From an uncultured bacterium (GTDB lineage: Bacteria > Arandabacterota > Arandabacteria > Arandabacterales > JALGWA01): a stretch of 62,724 bases of DNA. The DNA is taken from assembly GCA_964604955.1 (NCBI GenBank), contig CAZSBE010000004.1:1-62724 (forward strand), in the 5' to 3' direction. The notes beneath the pieces were generated by a model. The model had not been told where the DNA came from, made no database searches, and saw only the letters and a program-made list of their open reading frames with translations. A program made the translations under genes and the position numbers. Numbering within the stretch: position 1 is the first letter of the stretch; each line of letters begins with the position of its first letter. Positions 42,981-52,266 of this stretch are shown here, in pieces.

Positions 42981-45083
42981 ATGGCAGGCAATCAGGCAAG
43001 TAGCAGAAGCAACATTCTCGAGACCCTGTACGACCCGGTTTACAGGGCCAAATTCATGAAACTCATGGAGCGCCGGCTCTCGCGTTACGGCGCGGAGCTT
43101 GCGAACGGTCCCATCGGGGCCGAAACCGGGGACTGTACGAATCTCGTCAAAACGGTCCTGAATGAAGTAGCCTCGGCGATTCAGACCGGGACCTCCGCCG
43201 AGCAGGTGCTCGTGGCGCTCTTTACCGGGACGGGCGGCGAGTCCTTTGTGACGGGCACGGCGGGGCTATCATCTCCGGAAGACGAACGCGTACTTCTCAT
43301 GGCGATAGACTCGGCCATGGAGGAGACCGGGCTTGAGGGCATGAGGATAACGGCGGTCGAATACCAGATGGCGGCTGAGGAGTCCGCGGTCGCCACGAAG
43401 GCCCCCGTGGCGCTGGTCGTGCCCATTATCGTGGGCGAGCGGGTCAGCGGCATTATCGCGGCCTCGCACAGCGAGGACGCGGGCTTCTTCGACCGGGAGG
43501 ACGGGATGGTCCAGGTGCTGGGCCATGTCGTCGGCGGCGTCATTCACGAGATAGGCAACCAGTTCGAGAACGAGGAGAGGCTTCGTTCGCTGGCGTACGG
43601 CCTGTCGGCGGCCCTTGACGCCAGGGATCCCAAGACGCGAGGCCACTCCGACAGGGTGGCGATGATATCGATGGCCATCATCAACGAGATGGAAAAGGCC
43701 GACGACTCTCCCGTGTACCAGGAGCTCAGAAGCTGCATGCGGCTTGCCGGGCTGTTGCATGACATCGGGAAGGTCGGGATTCCGGACAGCATTCTTCTGA
43801 AGGCGGGCGAGCTTACCAAGGAAGAATACCATTTCATCAAACGCCACCCGCTGATCGGAGCGGAAATCGTAAACGCCTGCACGGGGCTCAAGGAGCTCGT
43901 GCCGGGCGTGCTGTACCATCACGAACACTACGACGGTTCGGGATACCCGTTCGGCCTAAAAGGCGAAGACATACCGCTTCTCGCGAGGGTAATATCCCTG
44001 GCCGACTCATTTGACGCGATCACCTCCGACCGCCCGTTCCGCGCCGCGTCTTCCCACGACGAGGCCATATCCATACTGACGGGCTACCCGTCCAAGAACT
44101 TCGACCAGAATGTGCTCAAGGCGCTTGTGAACGCCCATGAGAAGGGGGCGCTGACCTTCGTCAGGACCCCGACTAAGTCCATGGGAGGCGGGGAGCCGGA
44201 GAAGGAGATAGACGAGGCCTATGGCCTTGCGCTCAAGTCTCTGCCGACTCTTCCCCCGGTGCTTACCGTGGTCAATAAGCTGCTTTCCGACGGTAACGCG
44301 CCGCTGAAGGAAGTCGCCAAAGCGCTCTCGTCGGACGAGGGCCTCACGAGCCGCGTGCTGAGACTGGTGAATTCGGCTTACTACGGCCTCCCCCGGCGCA
44401 TCTCGACGGTTCCGCTCGCTATTACCATACTCGGGGCCAAGGCGGTCAAGAACCAGGTCGTGAACATCGCCTTCGCCGACCTGATGAACTCTCTGGGCGG
44501 CGGCCGGAAAGAGTACGCTTTGCTCTGGAGGCACGCCATAAGAACCGCCGCCTGGGCGAAGTCGATCGCGGCGAAATTCGGAAACGCGGACGAGGAAGAG
44601 GGATTCACAGCCGGCCTGGTGCATGACATAGGCAAGGCCGTGTCCCTCAGGCTCAAGCCCGGTGATTACGGCAGGGTCGTACTCGAGAGCACGAGGAGCG
44701 GCAAAGACCTCAGAGGTGTGGAGGAACAGGTGATAGGGTTTGATCACTCCAGGATGGGGGCTTACGCCGCGGAGAAGTGGCGGCTCCCGCAGACGCTCGT
44801 CGGGGCCATCAGGTGGCATCACGAGCCCGAGGGCGTGCGTGACGAGGAAGATGTCGTAAGGAAGCTCGTCGAGATCGTCCACATCGCAGACATACTCGCG
44901 AGGGCGTCGGAGCAGGATCCCCCGGACTTTTCCGGGACGCTGATCGAGGAGGCCAGCCCCTGGATACTCGAGGAACTGGGCGAGGCCTTCATGGCTGAGA
45001 TCGAGCTCATGGCGGAGGACGTTGCGGAACAGGAGAAGATACTCGCAGACACCTTCGCCGATGGCGGCGTTGGTCCGGTTTAG
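42981..45083 (+). CDS. GAF - HD-GYP - HDOD multidomain protein (putative c-di-GMP phosphodiesterase/sensor)
   Basis: 700 aa. GAF-like aa 100-190. HD-GYP (HSDRVAMIS...LLHDIGKVGIP...HHEHYDGSGYP). C-terminal HDOD (LPTLPPVLTVVNKLLSDGNAPLKEVAKALSSDEGLTSRVLRLVNSAYYGLPRRIS...VHDIGK...RWHHEP). Confidence 0.85.
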   Translation: MAGNQASSRSNILETLYDPVYRAKFMKLMERRLSRYGAELANGPIGAETGDCTNLVKTVLNEVASAIQTGTSAEQVLVALFTGTGGESFVTGTAGLSSPEDERVLLMAIDSAMEETGLEGMRITAVEYQMAAEESAVATKAPVALVVPIIVGERVSGIIAASHSEDAGFFDREDGMVQVLGHVVGGVIHEIGNQFENEERLRSLAYGLSAALDARDPKTRGHSDRVAMISMAIINEMEKADDSPVYQELRSCMRLAGLLHDIGKVGIPDSILLKAGELTKEEYHFIKRHPLIGAEIVNACTGLKELVPGVLYHHEHYDGSGYPFGLKGEDIPLLARVISLADSFDAITSDRPFRAASSHDEAISILTGYPSKNFDQNVLKALVNAHEKGALTFVRTPTKSMGGGEPEKEIDEAYGLALKSLPTLPPVLTVVNKLLSDGNAPLKEVAKALSSDEGLTSRVLRLVNSAYYGLPRRISTVPLAITILGAKAVKNQVVNIAFADLMNSLGGGRKEYALLWRHAIRTAAWAKSIAAKFGNADEEEGFTAGLVHDIGKAVSLRLKPGDYGRVVLESTRSGKDLRGVEEQVIGFDHSRMGAYAAEKWRLPQTLVGAIRWHHEPEGVRDEEDVVRKLVEIVHIADILARASEQDPPDFSGTLIEEASPWILEELGEAFMAEIELMAEDVAEQEKILADTFADGGVGPV

Positions 45084-45115
45084 GACAGGAGCTGCGCAAT
45101 AGGGAAGGTCATCAC

Positions 45116-47671
45116 ATGGCTGGTATGGTAAGTTTCGACGTAAGGCCCTCGGTGCCGGCGAGCCTGGCGGCGCTGGAAAAACTGGCGTTCAATCTTCTGT
45201 GGAGCTGGGACAGGGACGCCATTGACCTGTTCAGGCGGCTGGACGAGGACCTCTGGGACAGCACCTTCCACAATCCCGTCCTGATGCTGGGGCGGATGTC
45301 ACAGCGGAGTTTCACCCACCTGCTGGAGGACGATTCATTCATGGATCACCTCAACCAGGTCACCGAGAGGTTCGAGCAGTACCTCGCGGACGAACGCACA
45401 TGGTTCAGAAAATTCTATGATCATGACATGCCGCTCTTCGCCTATTTCTCGGCCGAATTCGGACTCACGGAATGCCTTAAGATATACTCGGGCGGCCTGG
45501 GCATCCTCGCCGGAGATTCACTCAAGTCCGCGAGCGACCTCGGCGTGCCGATCGTGGCCGTCGGGCTTCTTTACCAGGAGGGCTACTTCCGCCAGTACCT
45601 CAATGCCGACGGGTGGCAGCAGGAGCGTTGCGACGTGAATGACTTCAGCAACCTTCCGGTAAGACCGCTGCTGGGCTCGGACGGCAACCCCATGACGGTC
45701 TCGGTGCGCATCGAGGGCCGTGATGTTCGCATCAGGTGCTGGAGCGTCGAGGTAGGCCGCGTGCCCCTTTTCCTTCTTGACACCAACATCGACGATAACT
45801 CGCCCGAGGACCAGAAAATCACGTCGAACCTCTACGGCGGCAACCTCGAGATGCGGATCAAGCAGGAAATAGTGCTGGGCATCGGTGGTGTGCGCATGCT
45901 CAAGTCGATAGGCTTAGACCCCGTCGTGTACCACATGAACGAGGGGCACTCGGCCTTCCTCGCCCTCGAGCGCGCGCGACAGCTGATGTGCGAACGGGGC
46001 CTTTCCTTCGAAGAGGCCAAGGAGATAGGCAGGAGCGGTAATGTGTTCACCACGCATACGCCCGTGCCCGCGGGCATCGACGAGTTCCCGGCGCCCATGA
46101 TAGAGAAGTACTTCGGCGACTACGTTCATGAGCTGGGAATAGACCTGCCCGCGCTGCTGGCGCTCGGCAGGGTCGACGGGGCGGGCCGGGACGAGCCCTT
46201 CAACATGGCCAGGCTGGCCATCCGGGAGGCCGCGCGCGTCAACGGCGTAAGCCGGCTGCACCGGCAGGTCACCAGGAAGATGTGGTCGGACATGTGGGAA
46301 GACGTTCCGTTCGATGAGATTCCCGTCGAGTATGTCACCAACGGCGTGCACATCCCATCCTGGGTGTCGCACGATATGGCGACGCTGCTCGACCGCTATC
46401 TAGGCCCCGGCTGGGTCGAGCGCCCGACCGATGAAACGGTGTGGGACGGGGTCTGGAAGATACCCGACTCGGAACTCTGGCGGACGCATGAGCGGCGCCG
46501 AGAGCGCCTTGTCTCATTTGCCCGGTCCTGCCTCAGGAGGCAGCTCGAAAACAGGGAAGCTTCCAGCGAAGAGCTGAGGCGCGCCGAAGAAGTCCTTGAC
46601 CCGAGCGCGCTTACCATAGGTTTCGCCCGGCGGTTCGCGACTTACAAGCGAGCGACGCTCATCCTCCAGGACAAGGCGCGCCTCAAAAAGATCCTGGAGA
46701 GCACCGACCGACCGGTGCAGTTCATCTTCGCCGGCAAGGCCCATCCGAAGGACAGCACGGGCAAGGAATTCATCCGGCAGGTTCTCCACTTCGCCCGCGA
46801 GGAGGGAGTCCGCAATCACATCGTCTTCATGGAAGACTATAACATGATCGTTTCGCGCTACCTCGTCGAGGGCGTGGACATATGGCTCAATACCCCGCTG
46901 AGGCCTATGGAAGCCAGCGGGACGAGCGGCATGAAAGTCGTGCCCAACGGCGGTCTCAACCTCAGCATACTTGATGGGTGGTGGGATGAAGCCCACTCGC
47001 CGCACCTGGGGTGGGCAATAGGCAAGGGCGAGTCATACAGGGACATAGAGTACCAGAACAAGGTCGAGTCCAATGCACTCTATGACATACTCGAGCGGGA
47101 AGTCATTCCACTCTTCTACACGCGCAGCAGGGACGGGTTGCCTCGAGGCTGGATACGAACCATGAAGCAGTCCATGCGCTCGCTCTGCCACGTTTTCAAC
47201 ACCGACCGCATGGTCAAGCAGTACGTCAACGAATTCTACCTGCCGGCAGTCGCCGAATACAACCGCCTGAGTTGTGACGATTCGGCACGCGCCCGCGGGC
47301 TGGCTTCCTGGAAGCGGAAAACCAGGGAGAACTGGAAGAGTATTGAGATCCTCGACCTCCGGGCCGAAATCGACGGCAACGAGAGAGTCGGCGTCATGGT
47401 TCCCGTGGAGGCCGTGCTCAGGCTCGGGGCCCTGAGTCCCGACGATGTCACGGTAGAGGCCTTTTACGGACTTCTTGACGAAAAGAGGCTCATACGGCGC
47501 GGGTGCCCTGTAGAACTCCGGTCGGTGCGTCAGAACGAGGACGGCACACATGTCTATAACGGCGAAGTCGCCTGCGAGGACAGCGGCAAGTATGGCCTCA
47601 CCGTGCGGGTGATTCCGTCGCGGAACGTCCTGGGCAATCCCTTCCAGCTGAATCTCATCACCTGGCTGTAG
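45116..47671 (+). CDS. glgP: Alpha-glucan phosphorylase (GT35, GlgP family)
   Basis: 851 aa. FSAEFGLTECLKIYSGGLGILAGDSLKSASDLGVPIVAVGLLYQEGYFRQ and the PLP-lysine region EASGTSGMKVVPNGGLNLSILDGWW. Confidence 0.9.
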   Translation: MAGMVSFDVRPSVPASLAALEKLAFNLLWSWDRDAIDLFRRLDEDLWDSTFHNPVLMLGRMSQRSFTHLLEDDSFMDHLNQVTERFEQYLADERTWFRKFYDHDMPLFAYFSAEFGLTECLKIYSGGLGILAGDSLKSASDLGVPIVAVGLLYQEGYFRQYLNADGWQQERCDVNDFSNLPVRPLLGSDGNPMTVSVRIEGRDVRIRCWSVEVGRVPLFLLDTNIDDNSPEDQKITSNLYGGNLEMRIKQEIVLGIGGVRMLKSIGLDPVVYHMNEGHSAFLALERARQLMCERGLSFEEAKEIGRSGNVFTTHTPVPAGIDEFPAPMIEKYFGDYVHELGIDLPALLALGRVDGAGRDEPFNMARLAIREAARVNGVSRLHRQVTRKMWSDMWEDVPFDEIPVEYVTNGVHIPSWVSHDMATLLDRYLGPGWVERPTDETVWDGVWKIPDSELWRTHERRRERLVSFARSCLRRQLENREASSEELRRAEEVLDPSALTIGFARRFATYKRATLILQDKARLKKILESTDRPVQFIFAGKAHPKDSTGKEFIRQVLHFAREEGVRNHIVFMEDYNMIVSRYLVEGVDIWLNTPLRPMEASGTSGMKVVPNGGLNLSILDGWWDEAHSPHLGWAIGKGESYRDIEYQNKVESNALYDILEREVIPLFYTRSRDGLPRGWIRTMKQSMRSLCHVFNTDRMVKQYVNEFYLPAVAEYNRLSCDDSARARGLASWKRKTRENWKSIEILDLRAEIDGNERVGVMVPVEAVLRLGALSPDDVTVEAFYGLLDEKRLIRRGCPVELRSVRQNEDGTHVYNGEVACEDSGKYGLTVRVIPSRNVLGNPFQLNLITWL

Positions 47672-47752
47672 CCGGCGGCCCGATTTAAGTGTTGTGCGCC
47701 CCCGTATTTCTGGTAGGATACGGTATTCGGCGCTCCCCTGGAGAGGTTCTCA

Positions 47753-48355
47753 ATGCTTAGATCGGGCCTGCTGTGTCTGCTTCTGCCTGTCCTGCTCCCT
47801 GCGCTTCTCGCCCCGGATTCCGCATGTGCCGGATTGCCGGACGCCGCGCAGCCCGGCAAGAGCATATTCGTCGGCATGTACGGCGTCCCCGGCGCGGGAC
47901 TCTCTCTGGACGCCAAGTTCTGGCGGTCGCTGGGCCTCGGTACGTCTTTCACGGGCGGCCATTCGGGCATCTATCCCGGGCATCCGGGTGGTGGAGACGA
48001 TCACGACAACTTCGTTCTGGAGGCCTATGTGAACGTGGTACTGTCACACTCTCCGGGCCCGCCTGGGCCGCGCAGTTACGGCCTGTCGCTGATCGGGGGC
48101 ACCTGGCTCGAGCGGAGCGTGCAACATCCGCTCGTGGGCCTGTGTTGCGCGTACCGGGTGGATGAGAGGGTAGTACTGAGAGGCAACGCCGTGTATGGTC
48201 CCTCCTCAGGGATCGAAATAGGCTACGTTCTGGCCAGAAATATCGAAGCAACGCTCACCGTGCTGAGCGGAAGGGGCATACTGGGGCTCAGGTTCGGGCT
48301 TATCGAGCAGCGCCGGCCCGCCCATGACTCTGAGGAGTTCGCGTACGCCCGCTGA
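47753..48355 (+). CDS. Hypothetical secreted or outer-membrane protein
   Basis: 200 aa. GGAGAGG RBS 6 nt upstream. Signal peptide (LLCLLLPVLLPALLAPDSACA). C-terminal alternating beta-strand-like pattern (IEATLTVLSGRGILGLRFGL). No family recognised. Confidence 0.45.
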   Translation: MLRSGLLCLLLPVLLPALLAPDSACAGLPDAAQPGKSIFVGMYGVPGAGLSLDAKFWRSLGLGTSFTGGHSGIYPGHPGGGDDHDNFVLEAYVNVVLSHSPGPPGPRSYGLSLIGGTWLERSVQHPLVGLCCAYRVDERVVLRGNAVYGPSSGIEIGYVLARNIEATLTVLSGRGILGLRFGLIEQRRPAHDSEEFAYAR

Positions 48356-48387
48356 AGTCGCCGCCCGGGCCTGAACCGGAGGTCTTT

Positions 48388-49734
48388 TTGGAGAAGCCGA
48401 TAACTGGGAGAGACCTGACAGAGGGCAGCGTTCTCGGAAACGTCCTCTACATGGGTATCCCTTCCATGATCGGTTTTGCCGCGACGACCGTGTACGCCCT
48501 CACCGACATGTTCTGGGTTGCGAGGCTCGGGACCGCTCAAGTCGCCGCCATCACGCTCTTCGGTTCTTTCCTGTGGGTGCTCACGTCCATAAACTCGCTC
48601 GTCGGCTCCGGCTCGGTCGCCGTGATATCGAGGAGGTTCGGGGAGAGGGACTATGACGGCGCCGCGTGCGCCATCGAGCAGACCATCATAATGAAAGTCA
48701 TCGCTGCGATACCCATGGGTATCATCGGGTACTTCACCGTGGGCCATGTCCTGGACTTCATGACCTCCGACGCGGGGATAGTCGGCCATGGTGTCGCCTA
48801 CGGGAAGATACTCCTCCTGGGCCTGCCGTTCATGTTCTCGACCTATTCGGTCTACACGGCACTCCGGGGCATGGGCGAGGCCCCCAGGGCCATGTACATA
48901 ATGCTCTTCTCGACGTCGCTCAACATCGTGCTCGACCCGCTCTTCATCTTCAAGTTCGGCATGGGCATTGCGGGGGCGGCCATCGCAACCGTGATTTCCG
49001 CCGTATGCGCCGTAGCCGTCGGGCTCTACGTGCTCAGGAGCCCGCGGAGGGTGGCCAGGATCGGCGAGAAGGGCTTCAGGATCGACACCGCGACCATGGG
49101 CCGCATCCTCAGGATAGGTTTTCCGCCGTTCATTGAGAGCGTGGCGAGAAGTCTCGCGCACTGGGTGTTCGCCGTTTTCGTCGCCGTGTTTGGAACGGTC
49201 ATCATCGCATCTTACGGCATCTGCATGAGAATAGTCGAGTTCGGCATCGTGTTCGCCGTGGGCCTCGAACTCGGCGCTTCCGCCATAGTGGGGCAGAGTC
49301 TGGGCGCGGGCAAGGCGGACAGGGCCGAGGCGAGCGCGCGCAACGCCGCTTTACTCGCACTGGCCATATCCCTGACGCTCTCCGCCGCCGAGATGATCTT
49401 CGCCGAGGACATCATGATGGTGTTCGGCAGGTCGGAGGAGATCAGAGTCATGGGAGCGCATGTGCTCAGGTACTTCGCCCTGGCGCAACCTCTGATGGCC
49501 ACCTCAATCGCGCTGTCCTCGGCCTTTTACGGGTCCGGGAAGACCTGGCCTCCAACCGTCGGCGAGCTCCTGGCGACCTGGGTCTTCCAGATACCCATGG
49601 CGGCGCTGCTCGTATACGCGCTCGGCCGCGGGGCCGACTCCATGTGGACCGTGGTCATACTCGCCAAGGCGCTGTACTTCTGCATTCTCGTTGTCTGGTT
49701 CAGGAGGGGCACGTGGAAGCAACAGAAGGTCTGA
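48388..49734 (+). CDS. MATE family efflux transporter
   Basis: 448 aa with about 12 TM segments. N-terminal MATE motif (LTEGSVLGNVLYMGIPSMIGFAATTVYALTDMFWVARLG). Confidence 0.9.
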   Translation: MEKPITGRDLTEGSVLGNVLYMGIPSMIGFAATTVYALTDMFWVARLGTAQVAAITLFGSFLWVLTSINSLVGSGSVAVISRRFGERDYDGAACAIEQTIIMKVIAAIPMGIIGYFTVGHVLDFMTSDAGIVGHGVAYGKILLLGLPFMFSTYSVYTALRGMGEAPRAMYIMLFSTSLNIVLDPLFIFKFGMGIAGAAIATVISAVCAVAVGLYVLRSPRRVARIGEKGFRIDTATMGRILRIGFPPFIESVARSLAHWVFAVFVAVFGTVIIASYGICMRIVEFGIVFAVGLELGASAIVGQSLGAGKADRAEASARNAALLALAISLTLSAAEMIFAEDIMMVFGRSEEIRVMGAHVLRYFALAQPLMATSIALSSAFYGSGKTWPPTVGELLATWVFQIPMAALLVYALGRGADSMWTVVILAKALYFCILVVWFRRGTWKQQKV

Positions 49735-50660
49735 CGGGCTCCGGGGGGTCGCGGCCATTCGACGTCGTGGGAATGGGCCTCAATGCCGTCGACCACCTCT
49801 GCGTCGTCCCGAGGTTTCCCAGGTACGAGGAGAAGCTCCGCATGGAGGAGTTCAGGCGGGCCGGGGGCGGCCAGGTCGCGAGCGCCATGGTCGCTTGCGC
49901 CAGGTGGGGCCTCAGGGTCAGGTACATCGGCAAGGTGGGAGGCGGCGACCTGGGGGCTTTTTCGCTCTCCACGCTGCGCGAGGCGGGTGTGGACGTCAGC
50001 GATGTGAAAGTGGTAGAAGGAGCGCTCAACCAGTTCGCCTTCATCCTCATAGACAAAACCACCGGAGAGAGGACCATCATCTGGACGCGTGACGATCGGC
50101 TCAGAATGCTGCCGGAGGAAGTCCCCTTGGGCTCGATCGCAGACGGCCGCTTTCTCCACCTCGACGGCCATGACGCTCCGGCCGCGGCGCATGCCGCCCG
50201 GGAGGCGCGGAGGCTCGGCGTCAAAGTCGTCGTGGATGCCGAGACGGTCAAAGATGGTACCGGCGAGATGCTGGCCAACGCCGACTACGTGGTCGCGTCG
50301 AGCGAGTTTCCGGAGCGTTTCACGGGCGAGCCGGACCGGCGCGCGGCGATTCGCCGGATACTGGGCGGCGGCGCGGCATGCGTGGTCTCCACGCTGGGCA
50401 GGATGGGCTCGGTCTGCCTCTGCGAGGGCCGGTTCATAGAGACGCGCGGCTTCAAGGTCGAATGCGTCGACTCCACCGGGGCGGGGGACGTTTTCCACGC
50501 GGGCTTCCTGTACGGCCTGGCGAAGAGCTGGGAGATGGAGAAGATCCTGGAGTTCTCGAATGCCGCAGCGGCCCTGAACTGCACCGAGATCGGCGCGCGG
50601 GCGGGCATCAAACCGCTCGCTGAGATTTTCGGCTTGATGGAAGCCGGAGAGAGGTGGTAA
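49713..50660 (+). CDS. PfkB-family carbohydrate kinase
   Basis: FDVVGMGLNAVDHL, and the C-terminal nucleotide-binding motif VDSTGAGDVFHAGFLYGL. GTG at 49713 has AGGAGG 5 nt upstream. The tracked start at 49644 lies deep inside the MATE gene. Confidence 0.8.
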   Translation: MEATEGLTGSGGSRPFDVVGMGLNAVDHLCVVPRFPRYEEKLRMEEFRRAGGGQVASAMVACARWGLRVRYIGKVGGGDLGAFSLSTLREAGVDVSDVKVVEGALNQFAFILIDKTTGERTIIWTRDDRLRMLPEEVPLGSIADGRFLHLDGHDAPAAAHAAREARRLGVKVVVDAETVKDGTGEMLANADYVVASSEFPERFTGEPDRRAAIRRILGGGAACVVSTLGRMGSVCLCEGRFIETRGFKVECVDSTGAGDVFHAGFLYGLAKSWEMEKILEFSNAAAALNCTEIGARAGIKPLAEIFGLMEAGERW

Positions 50661-50745
50661 ACCTAGCGTAAAGCGTCGTCCGGCGGAAGGCCGTGCAGGC
50701 GCGACGATGTCCGCACTGAAGAGGCGGTGAACGGGAGGACGTGCA

Positions 50746-52257
50746 ATGAAACGACGAGACTTCATCAAGGTGACGGCGAAGGGAAGCGCCCTTGCGTTGT
50801 CGTCACCAATCATCGTGGAGCTCATCGGAGCTCGCGCCGCCGGCGCGGCGGAGCTCCAGTGGGGCTCGATGGCCGGTGCCGACCTGGAGATCGGCCGGGT
50901 GCTGGCCGAAGCGCTTTCCAAGGGCGGCCGGTTCGCCGAAGTCTATCTCGAGGAGACCATACGAACGGGTATAAGGGTCGGTGACAGCAAGATAGAGTCC
51001 GTCCAGCTCGGGTCCGACAGGGGGGGCGGCGTCAGGGTCATAAACGACTGGAAGACGGGCTACGCTTTCTGCGATTCGTGGGAGCCTGCAGATCTCAAGC
51101 GGGCCGCGGGCATTGCCTCGCGCATAGGTGTGCCCGGGGCCGCGGTGGCCGCGGTCAAACCGTCCGACGTCAAGGCGAGCCCGCGGCGAGGCGCGGCCTC
51201 GTACGATCTGGACCCCTCCGAGGTCCTGGCTGATGCCAAAGTCAAGATAGTAGAGCTGGCGGACCGCGTGGCGAGAGAGTATGACCCCGCGATCCAGCAG
51301 GTCCGGATCGACTATCGCGATGAGATGAAGCGCATGGTCCTCTTCAACAGCGAGGGAGTCGCCGTAGAGCAGGAAACACCCCTGGTCTGGCTGTCCATTG
51401 ACCTGGTGGCCGTGAGAGGCGACCGCCGGGCTCCCGGCTACGTCAGGCGAAGCTCCAAGTCGGGATTCGAATATGCCACGGAGGAGTTCGCGCGCGAAGC
51501 GGCAGAGGAGGGGGCGCGGCAGGCCGTCGCGATGCTCGATGCCGTGGATGCGCCGTCCGGTGAAATGCCGGTCGTCATCGCCTCCGGAGGCGGGGTGGTG
51601 TTCCACGAGGCCGTGGGTCACGGCCTGGAGGCCGACGGCGTGGACAGGGGAACCTCCTTCTATACGGGCCAGGTCGGCGAGAAGGTCGGAAGCGAACTCG
51701 TGACCATCGTCGAGGACGGCTCCGTCCCCCATCTGAGGGGCTCGTTCGACTACGACGATGAGGGCACCCCGTCAAGGCGCAACGTCCTGATCGAGAAGGG
51801 CGTCCTGAGGGGCTACATGTCCGACTGGCTTACGGCCAACAAACTCGGCATTCCGCTCACGGGAAACGGCCGGCGGCAGTCCTATATGAATTACCCTCTG
51901 GTGCGCATGACCAACACATTCGTCCTTGACGGCGAGTCCGACCCGGAGGAGATCATCAGCCGGACCCCCAGGGGGATATACGCTCTCCGGCTCGGCGGCG
52001 GCGAGGTCGATACCACTACGGGGAACTTCACCTTCGGAGTGAGGGAGGCCTATCTTATCGAGAACGGCAGGATAACCTCTCCGGTCAGAGGCGCCACCCT
52101 CATAGGAAATGGTCCGGAGATCCTGAAGCGCATAGACATGGTTGGCAATGATACGACTTTCTGGCCCGGCACGTGCGGCAAGGGACAGTGGGTGCCGGTT
52201 TCATCGGGCGCGCCGACGCTGCGCATAGCCAGCATCAACGTGGGCGGTACGGCCTAG
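50746..52257 (+). CDS. tldD: TldD-family metalloprotease with twin-arginine (Tat) signal peptide
   Basis: 503 aa. N-terminal MKRRDFIKVTAKGSALALSSP fits the Tat motif (S/T)RRxFLK. HExxxH site FHEAVGHGLEAD. TldD-like sequence throughout. Confidence 0.9.
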   Translation: MKRRDFIKVTAKGSALALSSPIIVELIGARAAGAAELQWGSMAGADLEIGRVLAEALSKGGRFAEVYLEETIRTGIRVGDSKIESVQLGSDRGGGVRVINDWKTGYAFCDSWEPADLKRAAGIASRIGVPGAAVAAVKPSDVKASPRRGAASYDLDPSEVLADAKVKIVELADRVAREYDPAIQQVRIDYRDEMKRMVLFNSEGVAVEQETPLVWLSIDLVAVRGDRRAPGYVRRSSKSGFEYATEEFAREAAEEGARQAVAMLDAVDAPSGEMPVVIASGGGVVFHEAVGHGLEADGVDRGTSFYTGQVGEKVGSELVTIVEDGSVPHLRGSFDYDDEGTPSRRNVLIEKGVLRGYMSDWLTANKLGIPLTGNGRRQSYMNYPLVRMTNTFVLDGESDPEEIISRTPRGIYALRLGGGEVDTTTGNFTFGVREAYLIENGRITSPVRGATLIGNGPEILKRIDMVGNDTTFWPGTCGKGQWVPVSSGAPTLRIASINVGGTA

Positions 52258-52266
52258 GAGGCTCAA

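Noticed and set aside
47694-48165. Alternative overlapping + strand ORFs (47694-48032, 47773-48165) at the hypothetical secreted protein locus.
   Set aside because: Both are Arg/Pro/Ser-rich. The 47753 frame has a GGAGAGG RBS, a signal peptide and balanced composition.
49644-49712. Tracked start of the PfkB kinase, 90 nt inside the MATE gene.
   Set aside because: GTG 49713 has a strong AGGAGG RBS, and the conserved kinase N-terminus (DVVGMG) begins shortly after it.
49527-50921. 464 aa minus-strand ORF opposite the PfkB kinase. Antisense ORFs also occur at 48223-49161 (opposite the MATE gene), 50803-51732 (opposite tldD), 55693-56661 (opposite the 733 aa protein gene), 58196-58834 (opposite the DHH gene) and 44007-44882 (opposite the HD-GYP gene).
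   Set aside because: These are shadow ORFs. In each case the opposite strand encodes a protein with family-specific motifs.
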